Origin: Aureliella sp.
Lineage (GTDB): Bacteria; Planctomycetota; Planctomycetia; Pirellulales; Pirellulaceae
Length of the DNA: 64,000 nt
Reading direction: 5' to 3'
NCBI GenBank assembly: GCA_963691875.1
Contig: OY829846.1
Coordinates: forward strand, 1,856,001-1,920,000
Position 1 is the stretch's first letter. Each line of letters begins with the position of its first letter. Position numbers and translations under genes: made by a program. The notes under the pieces are model-generated. The model was given only the letters and a program-made list of their open reading frames with translations. It made no database searches and had not been told where the DNA came from. Of this stretch, positions 60,762 through 64,000 are shown piece after piece.

Positions 60762-62015
60762 CTAGAGAATGAACGCGGCGAGCAACCAATAGATGGCCAT
60801 TGTGATAAGCGCTGCAGCAGGTACAGTGAGTACCCACATCGCAAAAATCTTTAGCAGCACTTTTCCTTTAACTTTCTCTCCATCGCGAAGACCGCTACCT
60901 ACGATTGCTCCCGTCGCAGCATGCGTCGAGCTAACTGGATAGCCCAGCAACGAGGCGATCACAACTGTGCTCGCCGCGGAAAAGTCCACAGAAAACCCAC
61001 GCGTATTGTTGAGTGTCGTGATCTTCTTACTCAGAGTCTCGATAACCCGGTGCCCAAGTAACCCAATACCAACGGCGATACCAATTCCTCCCAGGATGAG
61101 GATCCAAAGAGGCACATGAGCGTCTTGCAGTATTTCTTTTGTAGGAAGACCACTATGTGTAACCACTAGAAAGATTGCGAAGACGGGTGCAATCGAGTTG
61201 GCTACGTCATTGGCTCCGTGGGCAAAGGCAACATAACTCGATGTTCCTACCTGTAGGTTCTTGAAGATCTTTTCAATCGACTCCGAAGTGTCTTTCACAT
61301 TGCCTGTCAAACTTCGCAGCAAGGCTTGCGATACGATCGTTCCATAGGGAATCACGACGCCCAAAAACAACAGGTATTCCCAGAAACTGTCTGGTTTAAG
61401 AGCCTTAAGACTCGAGCCTTTCATGAGGATCAGCGCGAAGAAGCCGACGGTCGTTGCCAACACAAAGGGTAAGAAGTATTGCAGGCGAGCAATCATGCCT
61501 TCCTTGCCGTTCTTCACGATGAATGACTTGATGTAACTCAGCAAACCCGCCGCTAGAACTGCCGCAAGAATCGGAGAAACAAACCAAGAGAGTACGATAT
61601 TGCGGAGCTCCCCCCAATTTACAGCCGACCATCCACCTGCCATAACACTCGCTCCGATTAGGCTGCCAACGATCGAGTGACTGGAGCTCACCGGCATGGA
61701 AAACAATGTCGCAGTGAGCACAAAGACTCCTGCTGCTATCAACACGGCAAACATGGCTAGCATGTACGCCTTGGGATCTCCGAATTGCGCAGGATCAACA
61801 ACTCCGGTAATTAGCTTTGAGGAAACATAGCCGCCCAGCATGACAGCCCCGAGAAGATTCATGATGCCGGCGATAAGAACCGCCTGCTTCATAGAAATTG
61901 CTTTTGCCCCAACAGCTGAGGCAAAAGAGTTGGCCACATCGTTCGCCCCATTGTTGAATGCCATAAAGAAGGCACCGAGGGCAGCCATGATTAACAGGAT
62001 CGTTCCAAATTCCAT
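60762..62015 (-). CDS. pit: inorganic phosphate transporter, PiT family
   Basis: Both signature motifs: NNGANDVANSF and AHGANDVANS; PVSSSH and PVSSTH. Confidence 0.93.
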   Translation of the reverse strand: MEFGTILLIMAALGAFFMAFNNGANDVANSFASAVGAKAISMKQAVLIAGIMNLLGAVMLGGYVSSKLITGVVDPAQFGDPKAYMLAMFAVLIAAGVFVLTATLFSMPVSSSHSIVGSLIGASVMAGGWSAVNWGELRNIVLSWFVSPILAAVLAAGLLSYIKSFIVKNGKEGMIARLQYFLPFVLATTVGFFALILMKGSSLKALKPDSFWEYLLFLGVVIPYGTIVSQALLRSLTGNVKDTSESIEKIFKNLQVGTSSYVAFAHGANDVANSIAPVFAIFLVVTHSGLPTKEILQDAHVPLWILILGGIGIAVGIGLLGHRVIETLSKKITTLNNTRGFSVDFSAASTVVIASLLGYPVSSTHAATGAIVGSGLRDGEKVKGKVLLKIFAMWVLTVPAAALITMAIYWLLAAFIL

Positions 62016-62222
62016 TCTTACCTTTCGTTAGAATCGCAGATCACCAACTTCGCGCGACCTACTAATTTTTACACTCAATTTTTCTCTCACCCGCTATGGC
62101 ATCTTGAATTGGAAGCCGAGGCGCACCAGATAGACTCTTCATCAGATCTTCACAGCAGCGCCCGCGTTGACTTTCGAGGAAGAGAACTCGCGAAATGGGA
62201 AGAACCAAGTGCGCAAAGATTG

Positions 62223-62453
62223 TTACTGCTGCGCTCGGCAAGCAAGTACGGAAGAAAGCGTTGACACGCAGTAGGGCACAACCATGGTTAGCGAGCACTT
62301 CATCGCGCACATGGAATCGAATTGGCCACAATAGATCGAGCTGCCATGATTGATCGCGATGAGTATGGTGCCGACTACGGCTGCAATCATGAGCGATCTA
62401 TGGACAACAGGCCAACTAAATGCGATCGCAATAGAAGAAGAAGAAGAAGTCAT
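62223..62453 (-). CDS. NrtS-like small membrane protein
   Basis: RSL..A.VVGTILIAINHG...LT.VVPYCVST pattern of the NrtS family; two TM helices. Confidence 0.75.
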   Translation of the reverse strand: MTSSSSSIAIAFSWPVVHRSLMIAAVVGTILIAINHGSSIYCGQFDSMCAMKCSLTMVVPYCVSTLSSVLACRAQQ

Positions 62454-62594
62454 TCAGGTAATCCAGACTGGCTCGCAAAACTTCGACAATTTGCCCGGTG
62501 TTAGTAGACGAAGAACGGACAGCTACAGTGCCCCTATCTGAACGGGCGAATCAGCATTCCATTCTTGGTCGATTCTTGCTCCGAAAAAAGCACT

Positions 62595-62627
62595 GCAAAC
62601 TTTCGCGGGGCGACAGCAAACTTTCGC
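62595..62627. promoter_or_regulatory. 12-bp direct repeat (GCAAACTTTCGC x2, 21-bp period), candidate regulator site
   Basis: Exact copies at 62595-62606 and 62616-62627, upstream of the nrtS-like/pit genes. Confidence 0.45.
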
Positions 62628-62797
62628 CGAGCCAAACTCCACCATTGCTGAAACTCAGATCTGCCCCGCGAGGCACGCTCGTCTATCAGGAACAACGAAC
62701 GCCATTTCAGTACCTTACAAAAATTCTTGCAAGATTTTGAGTTTCGGTGAGATTTCCAGGCGTGAAACCAAGAAACGGCTTTCGCCGGGGGCCAAAC

Positions 62798-64000
62798 TCA
62801 CTCAAGAGGAAGCCGAAATGCCGCGGCTTCCTGGTAGTTTCGGACCACGAGCACATTTCCGGCAAGGGCGAGGTGATTCCAAGTCTTTCCATCCAGAGCT
62901 TGAAACTTGCCGAGAACCTTATGCTTCTCCGGATCGGCTCGCACCAAAACGATTTCGCCAGACTCTGCAAGCAAAAGGATCTTGTCTCCAACCAACAACA
63001 GCTGACCATGGCCATAGCGTCCTCGCTTCCAAAGTCGCTCTCCGGTATTCAGATCCAAACAAGTCATAATGCCGCTGTCGAGCCCATAGATCGCACCTTC
63101 GTGAACGACAAAGTTTGACATTTTGGAACGAAGGCGAATACTCTTCCACTCAGTCTCTACTTCCCAACACTCCGGTCCAAAGGATGGATTCCTTTTAGCG
63201 TCTGCAGTCGCGTTTCCCTTCAGGCTTATCTTCAAGCTGACGATGCCTTTCCCATAGCCAGACGAAATCAGCATTCTGGACTGACTTGGATTCTCCGTTG
63301 GCAGGACCACTGGCTGCGCCACGTTTACTCGCTGCAATTCGCCTTGAGTAACCCAGGGGGTCAACCATTGCTCTTGCCCCGTCGCCGCGTCGTAAGTCCT
63401 TAGACCAGCTCCGTTGAAACTCAGTAAGAGCTGCTGCCCAATAACGCTTGATAACATCGGTGAAGCATAGGCCCCTCGATCCGAGCCGCTGCGCCAGAGC
63501 TCCTCGCCTGAAAAGCTATCGAAGGCGATCAGCGCTGAGTTCTCGCCGCCAGGTGTGACGAAGACCTTCCCTTCGTAGACCAAAGGAGACCCCGACATTC
63601 CCCACAGTAGATTGTCTCGTTCCGGGTCAGCAAGACACTCTTTCTTCCACAACAACTGACCGTCTGCCAGGTCACAGCACGTCAGCAGCCCATCGGCCCC
63701 CATCGAGTAGACTCGTGAGTCTGCGATAGCTGGGGTCGAGCGAGGTCCGTCACCATGCTCGTCCTCGAAGCGACGCGGCTGTTGACTAACCCATAGTTCT
63801 TCGCCGGTTTCCAAGTGGTAGCACACGACGCACTCAAACGCACCTCTCTGCTCTAGGTCGATCGCAAGCTTACCTTGAACAGCAAAGCTGGACCAGCCGA
63901 TACCTACAGGATGACGCCACAAGAGCTGCGGCTGAATGGTATCCCAAACTGCGAGTGACGTCTCAGGGATAGCACCGTCGCGACTAGGCCCCAGAAAGCC
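62798..64000 (-). CDS. PQQ-like beta-propeller repeat protein (BamB-like; 5' end outside the window)
   Basis: Frame is open to 64000 (GFLGPSRDG...LLWRHPVG); GPRSTP, TGEELW, GQLLW, SPLV, YASP, KTWNHLAL. Confidence 0.9.
   Translation of the reverse strand, partial: GFLGPSRDGAIPETSLAVWDTIQPQLLWRHPVGIGWSSFAVQGKLAIDLEQRGAFECVVCYHLETGEELWVSQQPRRFEDEHGDGPRSTPAIADSRVYSMGADGLLTCCDLADGQLLWKKECLADPERDNLLWGMSGSPLVYEGKVFVTPGGENSALIAFDSFSGEELWRSGSDRGAYASPMLSSVIGQQLLLSFNGAGLRTYDAATGQEQWLTPWVTQGELQRVNVAQPVVLPTENPSQSRMLISSGYGKGIVSLKISLKGNATADAKRNPSFGPECWEVETEWKSIRLRSKMSNFVVHEGAIYGLDSGIMTCLDLNTGERLWKRGRYGHGQLLLVGDKILLLAESGEIVLVRADPEKHKVLGKFQALDGKTWNHLALAGNVLVVRNYQEAAAFRLPLE

Noticed and set aside
1..64000. 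CRISPR arrays, tRNA/rRNA, transposases, integrases, prophage or defence genes
   Set aside because: None recognised by eye in the ORFs or intergenic regions; a covariance-model search was not possible.

Overview
A gene-dense chromosomal window that reads as a Planctomycetota (Pirellulaceae-like) bacterium. The assignment rests on its planctomycete-type families: PSCyt/DUF1549/DUF1553, DUF1501, DUF1592/DUF1552, DUF1080 and an NPY-motif small protein. Housekeeping genes are scattered as orphans (leuB, hisF, folK, birA, a NifS/IscS-like enzyme, a Pit transporter). They sit among four 'haem-c scaffold + twin-arginine partner' cassettes and many secreted carbohydrate/redox proteins: a DUF1080-PA14-pentahaem fusion with a beta-propeller partner, a VPS10/BNR protein, FucD, ThuA, and a Kelch/NanM-SSS transporter with a double esterase. 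The window also has a PilT-type ATPase next to a catalytically degenerate GspE/PilB-like protein, several decayed pseudogenes (HDAC, receiver domain, FGE), an unannotated 55-aa membrane microprotein, and a highly structured ~200-nt intergenic element with a possible pseudoknot. I saw no rRNA, tRNA, CRISPR array, transposase or integrase. All family calls come from recognising motifs by eye; no searches were run.
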